Assembly (NCBI GenBank): GCA_040437565.1
Contig: JBDOQK010000021.1
Span: 186,001 to 250,000 of the forward strand
Source: Albugo candida
Taxonomy: Eukaryota
Reading direction: 5' to 3'
DNA: 64,000 nucleotides
The notes beneath the pieces were generated by a model. The model worked only from the letters and a program-made list of their open reading frames with translations, did no database searches and was not told the origin of the DNA. The position numbers were made by a program, and so were the translations under genes. Position 1 is the first letter of the stretch; every line of letters starts with the position of its first letter. Of the stretch, positions 37,728 through 51,428 are shown piece after piece.

Positions 37728-40454
37728 GTACAGGGTTGTTGGCTACTGAGGAGAATCAAGAAGTGATCAAACTGATACGTTCAAGATACTTTGACATCCT
37801 CATGATATTACGTCATTGACAAGACTGCTCCTCTTATGCTGCTGTTCCGGCCTGTTCAGATCTCACCCAGTAAACGCCATGGTTCTTGGCATGTAATAGT
37901 GTACCATACTGCGTCACCTTATCACGCCGAGTGAAGTGCTTGTTTGATCATCTCCTAGTGATTTTTCTTCCAATGAAAGCCTCTTGACGCGCTCCTCATT
38001 TGATTCTACAAGATGGTATACAGCTGGTGGGTGTGTAGACGACTGTTTTTAGCTGAAAAACAAGAATAGTCCAAGTGTACCTCTCGGAGAAATATAATAT
38101 AGTGTTTACAGCGTAATTCGTTTGTTACCTTTGAACCGGTCGAATCGAAGTGAAAAATCTGATTCGACTGGAATGCAAGCACATGAAGAATATACTGATT
38201 GTGACCAAACATTTGTCATCTAACCAATGGAGCCCCAGTGGATTGGACGTTGAACCAGTTTCTATATCCACGGGCCTATGTGGCAAGCTGAACGGAGCCT
38301 TTGTAGACCATCCGGTGCTCAAGTTACTGAATACTATGTATGCCAAGTGCCAATAAAGCGTAGTAAGGATCTTGTGTGTCGAAACTCATCCATTTCNNNN
38401 NNNNNNNNNNNNNNNNNNNNNNNNNNNNNNNNNNNNNNNNNNNNNNNNNNNNNNNNNNNNNNNNNNNNNNNNNNNNNNNNNNNNNNNNNNNNNNNNATAC
38501 TATGTATGCCAAGTGCCAATAAAGCGTAGTAAGGATCTTGTGTGTCGAAACTCATCCATTTCATTCCATGACTGGAAAGACAAAAGCCATCTCTTTTGAT
38601 TACTCCCCACCTCAACTATTCAAACTCTACTCGGCGCAACCACTGAACCATTGGTCAGAATCCATTTATTAACTCAGTTGAAGATTTCAATACGCCGCTT
38701 CTTTACAAATTCCAATAAAGTACAAGTCTAAAGACTACAATACACGTTTTTAAGCACTGACTCACAGAAGAGAACCTTAAGTGCTCGTTGAAGCAAAGGG
38801 TGGACAGCTATTGACACCAGTGGTCATATCTCGCGGTATAACATACCCCAGTTGCATACATATGACCGCAGGATAGGCTACTCTCGCAATTTAGTGCTCT
38901 AGGAGCCACGTTCCACCATAAATGACTTATGGACATAATTTACCATCTCATGTCGGCGTAGTCACTTTTCTATAAAGTGGACAAGAGAGCTGAGATGAAG
39001 ACGTTTTCTGCTGTCACAGTTCCTTACACAAAAAACAGAGCAGATCAATGCATGTGGCATCCATTACACCCCTCATGAGCTTACATTTTCGGTGACAGAA
39101 AACATCGAATGATGAGATTGCACCAATGACTATGTTTGCAGCATAAATTCCGCATACTGGTTGGAGGCTCTTTCACCAATCGGTTGGGTGTCGAATGGAT
39201 CTCATAAATACACACTCTAGCACTGTGAGAAAGAAGCAAATTTGTCAGAAATGATGCCACAAGTCTGAGCCTTATGGTGCAAAACAAACGGGGATATAGA
39301 CAATGGCACTCGATGATGACAGCAACTGATGGCTGCGTGATCTGGAAGCGAATGAAGAGTGATGGAACTGATACCAGATGTGAGGAGGTTTTTCGCACAA
39401 TTCAGTATCTGGGCCAATGAGTCAGCCAAGACAAAAAGTGCTCAGTTAACAATTGCTCGGGAATTCAACAAGCTTTTCTGCGATAGGAAACAGGTGCATC
39501 AAAATTACCAAAGCAATTGGAAGTCAAAGACTGGTCTCCGAACCTTAACCTTACCATACTCTGAGACCATTACTGTGTGCTCAAGGTCCGGGAAAAATAA
39601 TGTCTGATCAGCAAAGCCACTGCCAATCTCAACAAGACTGTCATTCAGATAATTGATATTTATGAGGTTGTATCTAGATCATGGAGAGGCTGCATTGCCT
39701 CTTGTCAATACCGACTTTATGGATACAGTATTCAGGACAATGTGCTAGTACAAAACTATAGACTTTCTCTGCGATGCCCAAGCCTTCAAAAACAAACTCA
39801 CTACCTTCTACACGGAACACTCTGAACCTTGACTTCCTTCAGGAGACTCGACGCTCTCATACGTACCTGACAACATGCTTCAGTACGACGGATGACTCTA
39901 TTCGACACCAATATCCAGTAATTTATTGGGGTATATCGATACTTACGTGAACAGCATCTGGCAGAACAATTTTCTGATTGACTGGATTTGAAAGACCACG
40001 ACAATCAAACGAATACGGGAGATACGGGTCAAAAATCTATGTATCACTCTCAGGCGCCTTAAGAACGTGAATTCAGACAACTTTCAGTCACAAAGGCTTA
40101 GTGTTGCCAAGAGAAAGAATCGTAGCCTTCTATTTCCAAAGCAAGTCTGAAAACTACTGGGTCGAAGCTGGAAATGGCAGCGTCTGTCAAGAAGCTTTTG
40201 AACTTTGGTTCAAGGAGGAGAGTGATTCCTGCTTTCAACCAGTTGATAGGTAAAGCAGTTGCAAATATAGACCTCAACATGTGTGGTGATTATATTATGT
40301 CAGCGATGATGCCGCAAAGCAGTACATCTACACTTGGAATCAGAGAAGACAAGAAATCAAAGCAAAAGACAGTATCGCCAGACCGCAGATAATAGAATGA
40401 ATGTAGCAGAGTGAAAGAAGGATGTATTCGTGTGTGATCACAAGACTTTCAACA

Positions 40455-40544
40455 GTATCTGGTTGAGCGCAGGCATCAGGTCAAGCTGGAGGTTTATTCG
40501 AAGGTGACTGGATTCTGACCTGATGCCTGCGCTCAACCAGATAC
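40455..40544. repeat. Perfect 29-bp inverted repeat with 32-nt loop
   Basis: gtatctggttgagcgcaggcatcaggtca (40455-40483) and its exact reverse complement (40516-40544). Confidence 0.95.
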
Positions 40545-40699
40545 GTGCGACAGAAGACAAACTCTCTCAAGCCTTTTTTTTGATAACGCAGATGTGACGA
40601 AACAGCGGTCCAGCGAGGGTATGACAATGGCTTGGAATCTAAAGTCAAGTTGTATTCAAATGCGCGCCATCAATCAGTGAAAATAGAGAAACAAGAATG

Positions 40700-41058
40700 C
40701 AATGCGGGTATTTTTTGGAGAGATACTGATACTTTACCCGCTCCGTATGACTTTTCTCTAGTTCATCACCCATCACTTGTATGCTTCATCGAGAACACAC
40801 CCCCGTTTATGTCAAAGGTCTCATCGTTGTACTCGTTGAAGAATGAAGCGACTTTCTTAGCCATCTTTCGCTGGGGCAGCCAGTCTTCAATCGCAGGCTC
40901 TTGAGGACATGGAAAAGCATTACAATTGGGTCGTTGATGGATTTTTAGAAGTACGACTTAGGATCACCGGAAAGAGCAATTGTGGGGTGACATACTTTGT
41001 GGAAGTAGTCGATTGTATCTGCTGGAATGGGCGCACAGTTTTCATTTACCGATGACAT
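40700..41058 (-). pseudogene. Secreted family member L (B-subfamily remnant; no matching ORF in the ORF track)
   Basis: Fragments NCAPIPADTIDYFHKVCHP, LPQRKMAKKVASFFNEY and VMGDELEKSHTERVKY align with B (LPKREIASIIAPFFSGY, VMHDEICKSHPEWVKY). Upstream 41105-41170 resembles the B promoter. Confidence 0.7.
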
Positions 41059-41597
41059 GAGGAAGGAAGTGGAAAGAGACTATGCAAAGTAAATCGATGA
41101 ACCCAATGCGTTCAAATCACTTTGGTATGGAGAGTGAGATTCAAATCCTTTGCGTTATCTGTCATACGCATATTTTCCCCTTTTGAACAATGTGAGCCAC
41201 TTTCGGCATACGTTCCTTCGGATTATTTTATGAGAGCATCTAGTTTTGTGCTTGATGAAATCGGAATGGTATCACGAGTATTGCTTTATAGACTGGTGCA
41301 TCACCCGAAGGTCTGTTTGTTGACAACTTGAATACAGAACAGAATTACGACTTAGTTCGGCCTTTCAAGCTGTCAACACTCGGAAAAGTGAGACGTAATG
41401 AATCGATATGAAATATGAGGTTTCAATGGTAATATGTATATTACAAGTAGATATCGATTGCCAGACATAGACACATTACTCTCCAGTTTCAAGAGGTTAG
41501 AGGCATCGTGCTAACGAGTGAAACACCATTGATAAGGAGCTAAAATCCAATGATACAAGTATGTATCGAGCAATTGATTCCTGCCAGATAAATCTCT

Positions 41598-42092
41598 TTA
41601 CCTTTTATGAGGCGGGTTGCAACGATGATGGACATACACAGCCAGTCGATTAAAAAAATCGGGAAACCTGGTATCCAATCTGTTGAACAATGTATCATAC
41701 TTGGACAGATTGACCTTATTGTCCAGGAATCTGTACACCGCATCCACATATTCTTCAAGCTCGTCAATGTTGCGATTTGTGGGATAGCCGTCGAATGTGC
41801 TTTTCAAAGCATAAGCGACTTGGAACTTCTTCAAATAACACGCTTCCTCAATGGTGTTGGTCTTGAAAAAATTCTTAAGAATGAGCTTAAGAAAACTTTG
41901 ATACACCTCAAAACACGATTGAGTACTTTTCCCTCTGCAATTCTCACGAAAATCACGTTCCCCTTGATTTTCTTTTGGGCAGGAACCTTTGATTAGACTC
42001 ACCGGTTTATGACTATTAGCTCGTGCTTTAGCGACTGCAATTGACATAGTCAAAAGACCGACAATGGCTACAACAGAATTGAGAGAGATCAT
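41598..42092 (-). CDS. Secreted 4-Cys family member G (intact, 164 aa)
   Basis: MISLNSVVAIVGLLTMSIAVAKA signal; KGSCPKENQGERDFRENCRGKSTQSC; FPDFFNRLAVYVHHRCNPPHKR. Confidence 0.85.
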   Translation of the reverse strand: MISLNSVVAIVGLLTMSIAVAKARANSHKPVSLIKGSCPKENQGERDFRENCRGKSTQSCFEVYQSFLKLILKNFFKTNTIEEACYLKKFQVAYALKSTFDGYPTNRNIDELEEYVDAVYRFLDNKVNLSKYDTLFNRLDTRFPDFFNRLAVYVHHRCNPPHKR

Positions 42093-44918
42093 TTTGAAGT
42101 GAGTTGTGAGCGTTGGAATCGATGTGAGTTTGCACACCCTCTGCTTCTGGTGTTAGGTCATTGGTGCAAAGGTTTCTTCTCTGTCGCTTATACCGAGCTG
42201 TTGAGAATAAATCTGACATATGAATTCTAACAAGTGTACGTTCTGGTATTGGTTTGAGATAATGTACCGTTTTGCGTCATCTTACTGATAAGCTACAAGC
42301 GCCATTTATTCGTCGATTGATATGCTTGTTTCATGACCTCATTAAATGATTCTATTGTTAAGATGGCGCCCTTCTAGTTGTGCACGATGGCGTGCGAGCA
42401 ACAGGCTTTTTTTAGCTGACGGTATCATCAAACGGTGGAATCGAGGTGGGATTCTCGATTGAATGCAATGGGCTTATGCGTGAAGCTGGTCGGAGACTCT
42501 GTACAGCTTCTAGTGTTTGAGGAATCGGATACTATGGTAACCAAGTACCGTAACGTGTGAGAAGGATTTAGTGTGAAACTTCCGATTTCAACAAGCTCGC
42601 AATCAATGATGAATCTGTCGACATCACCTTTTTTTCTTTTTGAAGACTGGAAAAATCGAATCGGCGGTCACAGTACGACAATGCTAGTGCACGTGGCAGA
42701 GCAAAAAGGAACTCTGAACGTTCAGCTATGCCGACAGTCTTACGTGACATTAGCCCCGGGAAGCGATACCAGTTGATGAGTATTGATTACGCTCATATGT
42801 ATCTGTCTTGGCTACTTGATATGTGATGAGGCTTCACTTTTCACTGAAACAGAAACATAGGCCTAGTCCAATGCTTGAAAGAATGTGATTTAGTCCTGCT
42901 CGACCATTTAGACCCTCTCTATGATGTTGTGCGGAATCACATCAATTCAAACACTGGACACTGGTATGGTTCTAGCAGCGTGGTCAAACCTCTTTAATGA
43001 TCAGGAGCCACAAGGATGCGGGATTACAAGGAGCACGAAGATAAATTCTAGGCTTTTTTACCTCAAGAAATACGAGCTTTGCTTCGGTCACAGGCAAAGG
43101 AAGGACGTACAAGAGCAGCCAAGTACGGCAAAATCGACAAAAGTTTTTTTCATGCAAGGAACATTCTAATAGTTCCGAGTGTGTGGGATGCATAACGTTT
43201 TAGCACGTATGAACCAGCTTTGGGAGTTCTCAGCACACAGCATTTGCTACGTCTCTTTACAGAGGAGTCTTGACAAAATCGTGAGCCAATTGGATCAACA
43301 TGAGAACAAGAAGTCGGTTGAGAAACATCTTTACTTCATATCGTGGAATGTTGGACGACTCAGACCTCATGCCAGATGTATTATATTCGGTGAAGGTTTA
43401 GCGTTGGTGCAGATCACGACGTTTACGAGAATAATAACAGGAGCTTCAGAATGTGAATTTTTCTAAGAAGTGTGTCTATGTCGTCCATTCATAAACAGAA
43501 CCTTCTGCTGTTTCTTTGTGCAACACCTTGACAAACTTTTAGATCTTCATCATCGGTTTTTAATGGTCCTATTCAGGTTTGATCAATTTGGAAACGCATT
43601 CGTAGATGCACACCACTGGATTTATATCTCTTGTTCCCTGCGTAGTGCCTACGTGTCGCATGTGGTGCCAGTGGTTTTCAATGATGACTATCAAGAGGAT
43701 GTAGTCATGAGAGACGTAACAAGTATAGCGATGGATAGATCTGTTGAGCGTTTGGGACCGAGATAAAGAGAACAATTTGGACGTTGTACGTAATTCGACT
43801 CTTGGAGTCACGCTCATTTATTCTCCATACTTCTGTCACCAGTCAAAACCAAGTCTAACAACAATAGGATACCCGAGTCTACATGGAAGTTTGACTCATA
43901 TAAATCGATTGCAAAAGGCAGTCATCTTTCAGAGTCCATCGTACCGGTTGTTATGGATCTTCCTGATCCAACAAATAATTCCTAAAGGATTAGCACGGGA
44001 GAATTTGATCTGTGAATTCGTTCATCTGTGCCATTAAACCCTTTCTGCATATATCGTATACATGGCATCAAAAAGGAATGGTCTTCTGTCAAGTTTTCAT
44101 ACGATGCTTTGTGTCTCACTTTTGTCCGCGGATCGCAGTATCCACAATCTAATCACTAGGTACATCAACACATTGTGATCCCACCATGAAGAGCTGTGCT
44201 GATTCCTTTGCAGCCATTATCCCGGTACACCACCACGTGAGTGCTTTTCTATTGTATTGCGCCTTGATGACGTTAGCATTAGTCAGCGCATACTTTCGAG
44301 TGCTTTTCTTGCAACATACTCAGCAATACCCGTACTTTTCTGTTGCGTTTGTAAATGGCTGGACAGTAATCAAGCTTCTTACTATTGTGTCACATGCGAA
44401 GAACTGCACCATTCTGCGACTTGAATTGATATGAAAGAACGCTTACGTAATACGAACGAAGCAATAAATCCTCTCAAATTCTTTGCCAAACTTAGATGAA
44501 GCCGAGTGTGACCTATTTTGATGTTTGTGTCCTAAGATAGGGCATGAAGGACCAAGATCGTCAGCCAAATGCAAGTTTTGAAAATCAACAACAATTGTGT
44601 CGATTTTCAATAGCAGTCAATTATCTCAATGATATCCTCACCATTCTTGAAGGTTGTATCGTGTTATATGTCATCGTCACTTCTTCTGACGTTCGAGCGC
44701 ACGCACACTGATCTCATTTATCGCTAGTTTCTCAAGAATTAACACAATCGCGGGCATAATGCTCTTTGTTTTCCAATGACATTAGAGATAGATCTTGCGA
44801 TGACAAGGCTACATCACTATCGAGCCTTACTAAACTGACCTTCATGTCGGCTGAAGAGAGAGCAATTTGAGAGTAGAATTTCTTATCAGGGTCGACCGCT
44901 CACTCGTTGAAGAACCCA

Positions 44919-45210
44919 TCACATCTTGAAAGTACGGCAACCGACAAGAATATAACGAACCAATTCGATTACAAAATCGGTAATAGCTGTAAGAAATATG
45001 AGTAGTTATGGCCGAACACTTTATCGATGCCACTATTATTTGCCATTACTTGTTTCGTCATGAATGCGTAAATCCGATCAATATAGTTTTGTTTATCTCG
45101 GACAGAGCCATTCTCAGGGAACTTACTGAGCATATCTTTTAGTGGCTCAGCTAAGTATTCATTCCGGATTGATCCGATTTGATCTATAGAGAGTTTTCGT
45201 TCTTTAAAAT
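44919..45210 (-). pseudogene. Secreted 4-Cys family member H (3' half, frameshifted; 5' part lost in gap or transposon)
   Basis: LAEPLKDMLSKFPENGSVRDKQNYIDRIYAFM, then a shifted frame TDFVIELVRYILVGCRTFKM* matching the end of J. Confidence 0.7.
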
Positions 45211-45310
45211 NNNNNNNNNNNNNNNNNNNNNNNNNNNNNNNNNNNNNNNNNNNNNNNNNNNNNNNNNNNNNNNNNNNNNNNNNNNNNNNNNNNNNNNNNN
45301 NNNNNNNNNN

Positions 45311-45990
45311 ATACACTTGACTGTCGCGTCAAATGTCCTCCAACCGAACTGGACTGCTGTGCCAGAAAAATTATGGTAAGTCAAACGGACTTTCTTCGCC
45401 AGAGATGCATGTTAGAAGAGCTTATTGTCGGTGCCGGCCACATGATAATATTTTATCCAAAATTTCATTCTGAACTCAACTTCATTGAGAACTTTTGGGG
45501 CTCTGCCAAGCGGTACGCACGGAAACACTGCAATTTTTCATGGAGTGGACGACAGGACGTGGTGCCAAAAGCAATGTATTCGGTCAGTTTGACCTCGATA
45601 AGGAACTACTATCAAAAATCTCAGCGGTATACTGGATGTTTACCGCAAAGGGTAAGTAGTAAAGCTGCGGAGTATGCCGTCAAAAAGTACCGTTCTCACC
45701 GACGCGTACCAAATTCAATCCTGATGGACATGAACTGCCTCACGGCTTAATACTACATTAACGAGACCATACTTTCGGAGATGTTTCATAATTGATAACT
45801 TGTCATACATACTTAATAAAAAAGGTCGTTCCCGATAGTATTATTTTATACAGGTTATTGATTTTCGGGCGGCCAAATATCGCTTGTCACATAGAAATAT
45901 GGCCGAAATTGGCCGACTTTCAAGGCCCTACTAGTCCAACAAAAATAAAGTTTCGAAAAATTGGCTTTCATTATCTTACAGCGTAGCGTA
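45311..45990 (+). mobile_element. 3' portion of an IS630-Tc1-mariner-like (DDE_3-type) DNA transposon
   Basis: ORF 45373-45750: GHMIIFYPKFHSELNFIENFWGSAKRYARKHC, the typical PKFH.ELN.IE..W motif. The element end near 45990 is tentative. Confidence 0.75.
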
Positions 45991-46644
45991 TGTTCTTTAA
46001 TATAATGAAATTTTTTTTTCTACATTAGATCGTTTGTGTGAAGAGAAAGAATTCTTGTCTACCGATTAAACGTGCTGGTTATAAGTGTCTTGCACTGTAA
46101 TACGCTTCTTGGGGGGTAAGTAGTAGTTTGACGTTGATCGTGTGAATTCTTACCCAAGGATACTCCCGTCGTTTCAGTTAACCAGTCTACCACATGATTA
46201 TTGTATAGGTGCTTACCACTGGAGCCACAGCAAATGTCTTTGCACTTGCATTGCCCCATCTTTCTCGAGACACGGTTTTATGCCTGTGACAATGTCTTTG
46301 TAGGATTTATGTATTTTGCTGGCCATCCATTTCTCAAATTACAACACGCTGCGCTTTACATGCGGAACGGTCTCCTATTTTACAAACGATGTGAGGTAAA
46401 TGTCGGCATTTTACAAGTTCCTTCGGTACATTACATTATGACAGCATTTGATGTTGCGGATTATGAATCCGGAATGGTATTATGAGTATGGCCTGACAGA
46501 CTGTTGCAAGTTCGTTATTGTCATTATTAATCGCTCATGACCCGAGTCAATAAAGCACTGAACTCCTCTAATGGTCTACTGCACTTTGTTAGAATTGTAT
46601 TACTAGGACTGGCGAGTTCGTTCGGTCATGCAAGTTGACGACAC

Positions 46645-47075
46645 TCAACAAGGAGGGTTGCACCGAAGATAGACCAAGCGAGCCACTGATTTGGGAAAAT
46701 GGGATATCAGCATTATTCGATAGTACATTGGATAAAGTGACCGACTTAACGAGGTATGTGTGGACTTGATACGTTTTTTCTCGATATTTTTGCCATCTAT
46801 GGGGTAGCCGTAAAACATGCTTTCAACAGCATCTGTGAGTTGTACCTTCTTCAGCTCTACTGCCTCGTCTATAATGCTGTTCTGAAAAAGATTTTAATTA
46901 CAAGGGAAAGTGCACCTCGACACACATTGAGAGACGATTGAGCTTTTTGCCCTCTTCAATTTTGATAAAAAAGTACGTTCCTCTACAACGGATTGACCTG
47001 CAATTGCGGATTTTGTGCTGCAATTGAAATACTCAAAAGAACAAAAACAGCTGCAACAAAGTTGAAAGAGAGCAT
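46645..47075 (-). pseudogene. Secreted 4-Cys family member I (disabled)
   Basis: MLSFNFVAAVFVLLSISIA signal followed by stops. Remnants IDEAVELKKVQLTDAVESMFYGYPIDGK and RLVYLRCNPPC*. Confidence 0.8.
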
Positions 47076-50000
47076 GTGTAAAGGTTTGGCTACTGAGGAG
47101 ACTCAAGTTGTGATCCAACTGATGAGTCAAAATTTCTCTGTTATAGGGCGTGAGAATTGCACATCCTTTGCATCCAGCTGCTATTACGTCTTTTCACACG
47201 ACCTAATCGGGCAATCCGGTAAGTCATAATACGTGTGTCATATGAAGTGTCACCCATTTACAGTCCATTTGTCATTTAATCGATGGATCCAGAAGTGCGC
47301 GCAGAAGTACGTTCTGTGTCTAAGGGCTATACGTGAAGAAGACCGGAGACTTTATAGACTGTCTGTGCTCAAGATACTAAACAATCCCTATATCAAGTCC
47401 CAACAAAGCGTAAGAAAAATCTGTGTGAAGATTTCAGTTCCAAAACGATCGCATCCAAAAAATACTTTATCGACATCGCATCCATTCTATTTCAAGGCTG
47501 GAAAGAATAGAAGCGGCGGGCACAGTACGACTATGTGATTATGCGCGTAGCAGAACAGAATGGGAAATTGGACATTCAGCTACGCCTCCCTTCCGCCTGT
47601 CTTAGCCTTTCATGGCGTACTCGGAGCAAAGTTTTATATTACATCATCGGAAGAGGGGAAGAGATCATAAGTCCTCCGTATTGGTTTTGTATGAACAGTG
47701 TGCCTTGAAAGCACTATGGAGTGATGTACAGTCTTGCTCATCGCTTGTTTTTCGAATGGACTTTTCTTCAATAGTTTGTGGTAACATATCAAGTTCAAAT
47801 ACTGGAATGTTTATAGCAGCGAGTACAAGAATTTCTGATGATCAAAATTTACAAGAAAAACGAAATCGCAAAGGAGAGCGAAGGTGCCCACCACAGTTCA
47901 TGTGAGGAATTGTACTGTTACTGACACTTTTGCCTGTGCATAAATATATATACGTGGTCTGTTATGTTCGTAGACAATTGATCAAAGAAGAACAACTTGA
48001 GGGAACGACATTACTCGAGCTCGAACAAGTTTTGCTCAGATGAAGTATGTATTGAGTATTTAGAGCGCGTGGAAGGCATCCCATTTCAGCACGAATTGAT
48101 CAGCTTCAGGGGTTTACAAAGCAGTAATTTTGCTGTATCTTGTAACACCGAGAAGTCTTGATGCTGTGCAGACTTTGAATTAGATATGATAACTTCGCAG
48201 ATTTGGTGAAATGCTGGACGACTTAGACCACATGCTAGATTTATTAAATGGAGCCCAAGGTTCAATGTAGCTGCAGACTACGAGGAATGGACCAAAAGTA
48301 TACCGAACGAGCTCTAGATTCTGATGTTTCGTGTGATGTAATTCATATCATCTACACATGATCACATCCATCTGCAGTGTTTGCGCTCGAAACTACTTGA
48401 AGTTTCAGGCCTTTTGAATCGTTTGGGGGACCTTGTTTAGGATAATCGCATTTTTATCCTCAGTCCAGACACAATTTCTTCATGATGTAAGTCCGATTTG
48501 CCAGCTGTTACTGACGCCTTGTGGAGTGCGTACCATTACGAAAAAGCTGCCGTGGTTACAGCATGCCGATTAATGCCGAGAGATAAAGAGGAGATACGCA
48601 CGAAAGAGTGTTAGAAGGTAGGCGTTGGCAGATATATTCTGCGTCTTAAAATTCGTGCGGAGCGAAAGTTTTTAGACATTTGAAGATGAGTGGAGGCACT
48701 TTTAAGATTGATGTTACTCATTTATTCTGCATACAGCTGTCAGCAATCAAACCAAGTTTAACAACACTAGAGATAGCGATAGTACGTAGAAAATCGATGC
48801 ATATAAATTGATAGTACTCACAGCTATCTTTCCATAAAATACATAAAGCTCGCTGACTGATGGAATACTCCCATTCAGGATCTTGCTGTATGGAGTGACA
48901 CAAACTTTGCTATTTCGATTCATAGGAGAAAGCTCATTCATACCTTGGGACTACAAGCACGCATTAATCCCATGTCTCAGGGCGAGATAATCGGTATATT
49001 GGAGTAACAGATCAGGCTGCTGTCGGTTAGGTTGCGGGTGAAAATACAGTCTTGATTCCATGTGGGAAGATCTTTCTATGCTTTGTTGCGCGTATCCGAA
49101 TCCCCCAGAAATGTAGTTACCTGTTGATAAGATGAGACTGCTCTTTTGTGATAAACTAATCATTTTGTTGACCTCCTCAACGAGCTTTGCCGTGCAGTGA
49201 TAGAGCGAGCTGATGTAGCTTTCTTTCACTCATTATCTTCATATACATCAAAATCTTATTTTCGCGGTACTCTGCATTCGGTCTGGTGCACTTTGTCTCG
49301 TCACTGTCTTTTCCACGCGTAGCCCGGTAATATTCTCGGAGCAGCGCAATTTTTTTCTGTGACAATGCAAGTAGTTGCACCGTTACTGAGAGACATCCTA
49401 TCGGTTGATACGGAGCTTTCTAAACCAACAGATGATTCTTGAAGGATTAACACGGGAGAATTTGATCTCGTGATTCGTACATCCGTGTCACCAGTCACAT
49501 GAATATGTCATATACATCGAGTCGAAAACAGTATGGTTGTCTTGTATGGGCTATTCATACAATACTTTTTATCTCACCATTGAACGGGGTTCGCAATCTC
49601 CACATCCCGGTAGGCACGTTAGCACATCGCGATCCCACCATAAAGCAACTTCACTAGTTCAATGGCTGTCATTATTCTGGTACACCGAAATATAAGATTG
49701 TTTCTAGTGTTGCGCCTCACGAATTAGCATTAGCAATGCTTATGACGTCAGCACAGTTAGTAGCTAATTTTATCCAAATCAGTTGGCTAGCCAGATGGTC
49801 GATTGCTTTTTAAAGAATAGAAGTAATTTTGTACTTGATGTCACGCTGCAAAGTCTGCATTTGCAAAAGTGTGAAGACTGCGTACGACATCTAACTACAG
49901 AGTTGGGAGAGATAACGAGTCAAATTGTAGGGTACTGGAGAAATCGAAGCAAATTGATTGAGCTGTGGATCAAACCGGGTAGAGGTGCACAACGTGTAGT

Positions 50001-51428
50001 ACCACAGCTGTTTTTGCCGCATCTATATAGAGCCAGTACTCTCGTATTGCGTTTGTACAGCGCTGCGCAGTATAAAATATAATGCTTCCTACTATCGCAT
50101 TCAGCGCGATGCATACGTCATTCTCTTTTGCAACAAGGATCGATCACATGCGTGGTTGAAACTAGGGTGGAGTAAGGTTCGTACATAAAGACCTAACACT
50201 TCGTCCTCCAAAAATTCTTTTCCAACCTAGATCTAGCCAAGTGTGACCTATTCTGGTGTTCATGCCCTTACATCAGACGCAATGATAACTTGATGTCTTC
50301 CAGTAGAGCCGCCAAGTAAAACGCTTCGATTTGTAAAACGAACGTTTGGCTGTGCAACTATGGTCGGCTATCACGTACAAGAGCCTCAGTCCGGTCAATT
50401 ACAAGGCTCGGATTTTAGAGCGATAAAAAACTGCGCAAAGTATAATTTGATCAAACAGCATTTTGCCGGAGGTCTCATTCCATTTGAATCGGTAAATGTG
50501 AACTGAATTGTTGGAAGTTGTCCCTTATAGCAAGCGACATCTCTTAAATCAATCAGAGATTCTATCCACGAAAAAACAGGCATTTCGATGGATTGTCTGT
50601 TGGGAACGCTAGCCATTCCGATGTGACGCACTCTGAGCTCTACGATGAGCGCTCTGGATATGAGTCACGGTGAGAACTACGACTTTCACGTGAATTCCTT
50701 CAAATTGAGATCTTCATCCAGTTATTATTGGGAGCTTTGGCCCGTATCCAACCAAATGAAGCTGGTTTTTGTAATATGCGAATCTCGCTCAGTATTAAAG
50801 TCGCCCTCGTCGTCCAAAAGACAACATTCGTCTGTCAAATGACATCTTTGAGAACAAATAAAATCCTTGTATCTACGACTGGAAGCATCATGTGGTAGAA
50901 AATTCGGGTAAATGTCGTCACGTCCCGGTTTCGAGTTTCTCAACCTATCATTGTTGACACGCTTGATCAAAGTAGCACGCGACATTAACACCGATTTGGA
51001 AGTCGATTAAAACAGATAGATGACCTGAGGTACTAAATGACTTGGATATACATTCACCATTACGAATCTGAGGCATTTGATTTATATAAGATACAGCAGC
51101 TTCTTTCCACTACTTTTCAAGTTTACCTCATTTGAACCAGGATCGCGAGATTACACTCGAAGATCAACAGGAAATCGAGATATGCGGTATCAAACCTTCT
51201 CGTCGTGTGCCTACTAGGATGTTCTTGCAAATACTGGTACAAGTCTGATTCAGACATAATGCTGCTAGCCCTACATAATACTAAAGATAGACCTTCCAAT
51301 CACAAGGGTCCATCACTTTGGAGCCCTGCTGGTGTCAACAGAAGAAAAAAAGGAGACAACAATGTGACAAACTGTAAATGTATTGATGCAAAGCTTATCA
51401 GACGACCGGTCGCTCGTTTAATAACAAA

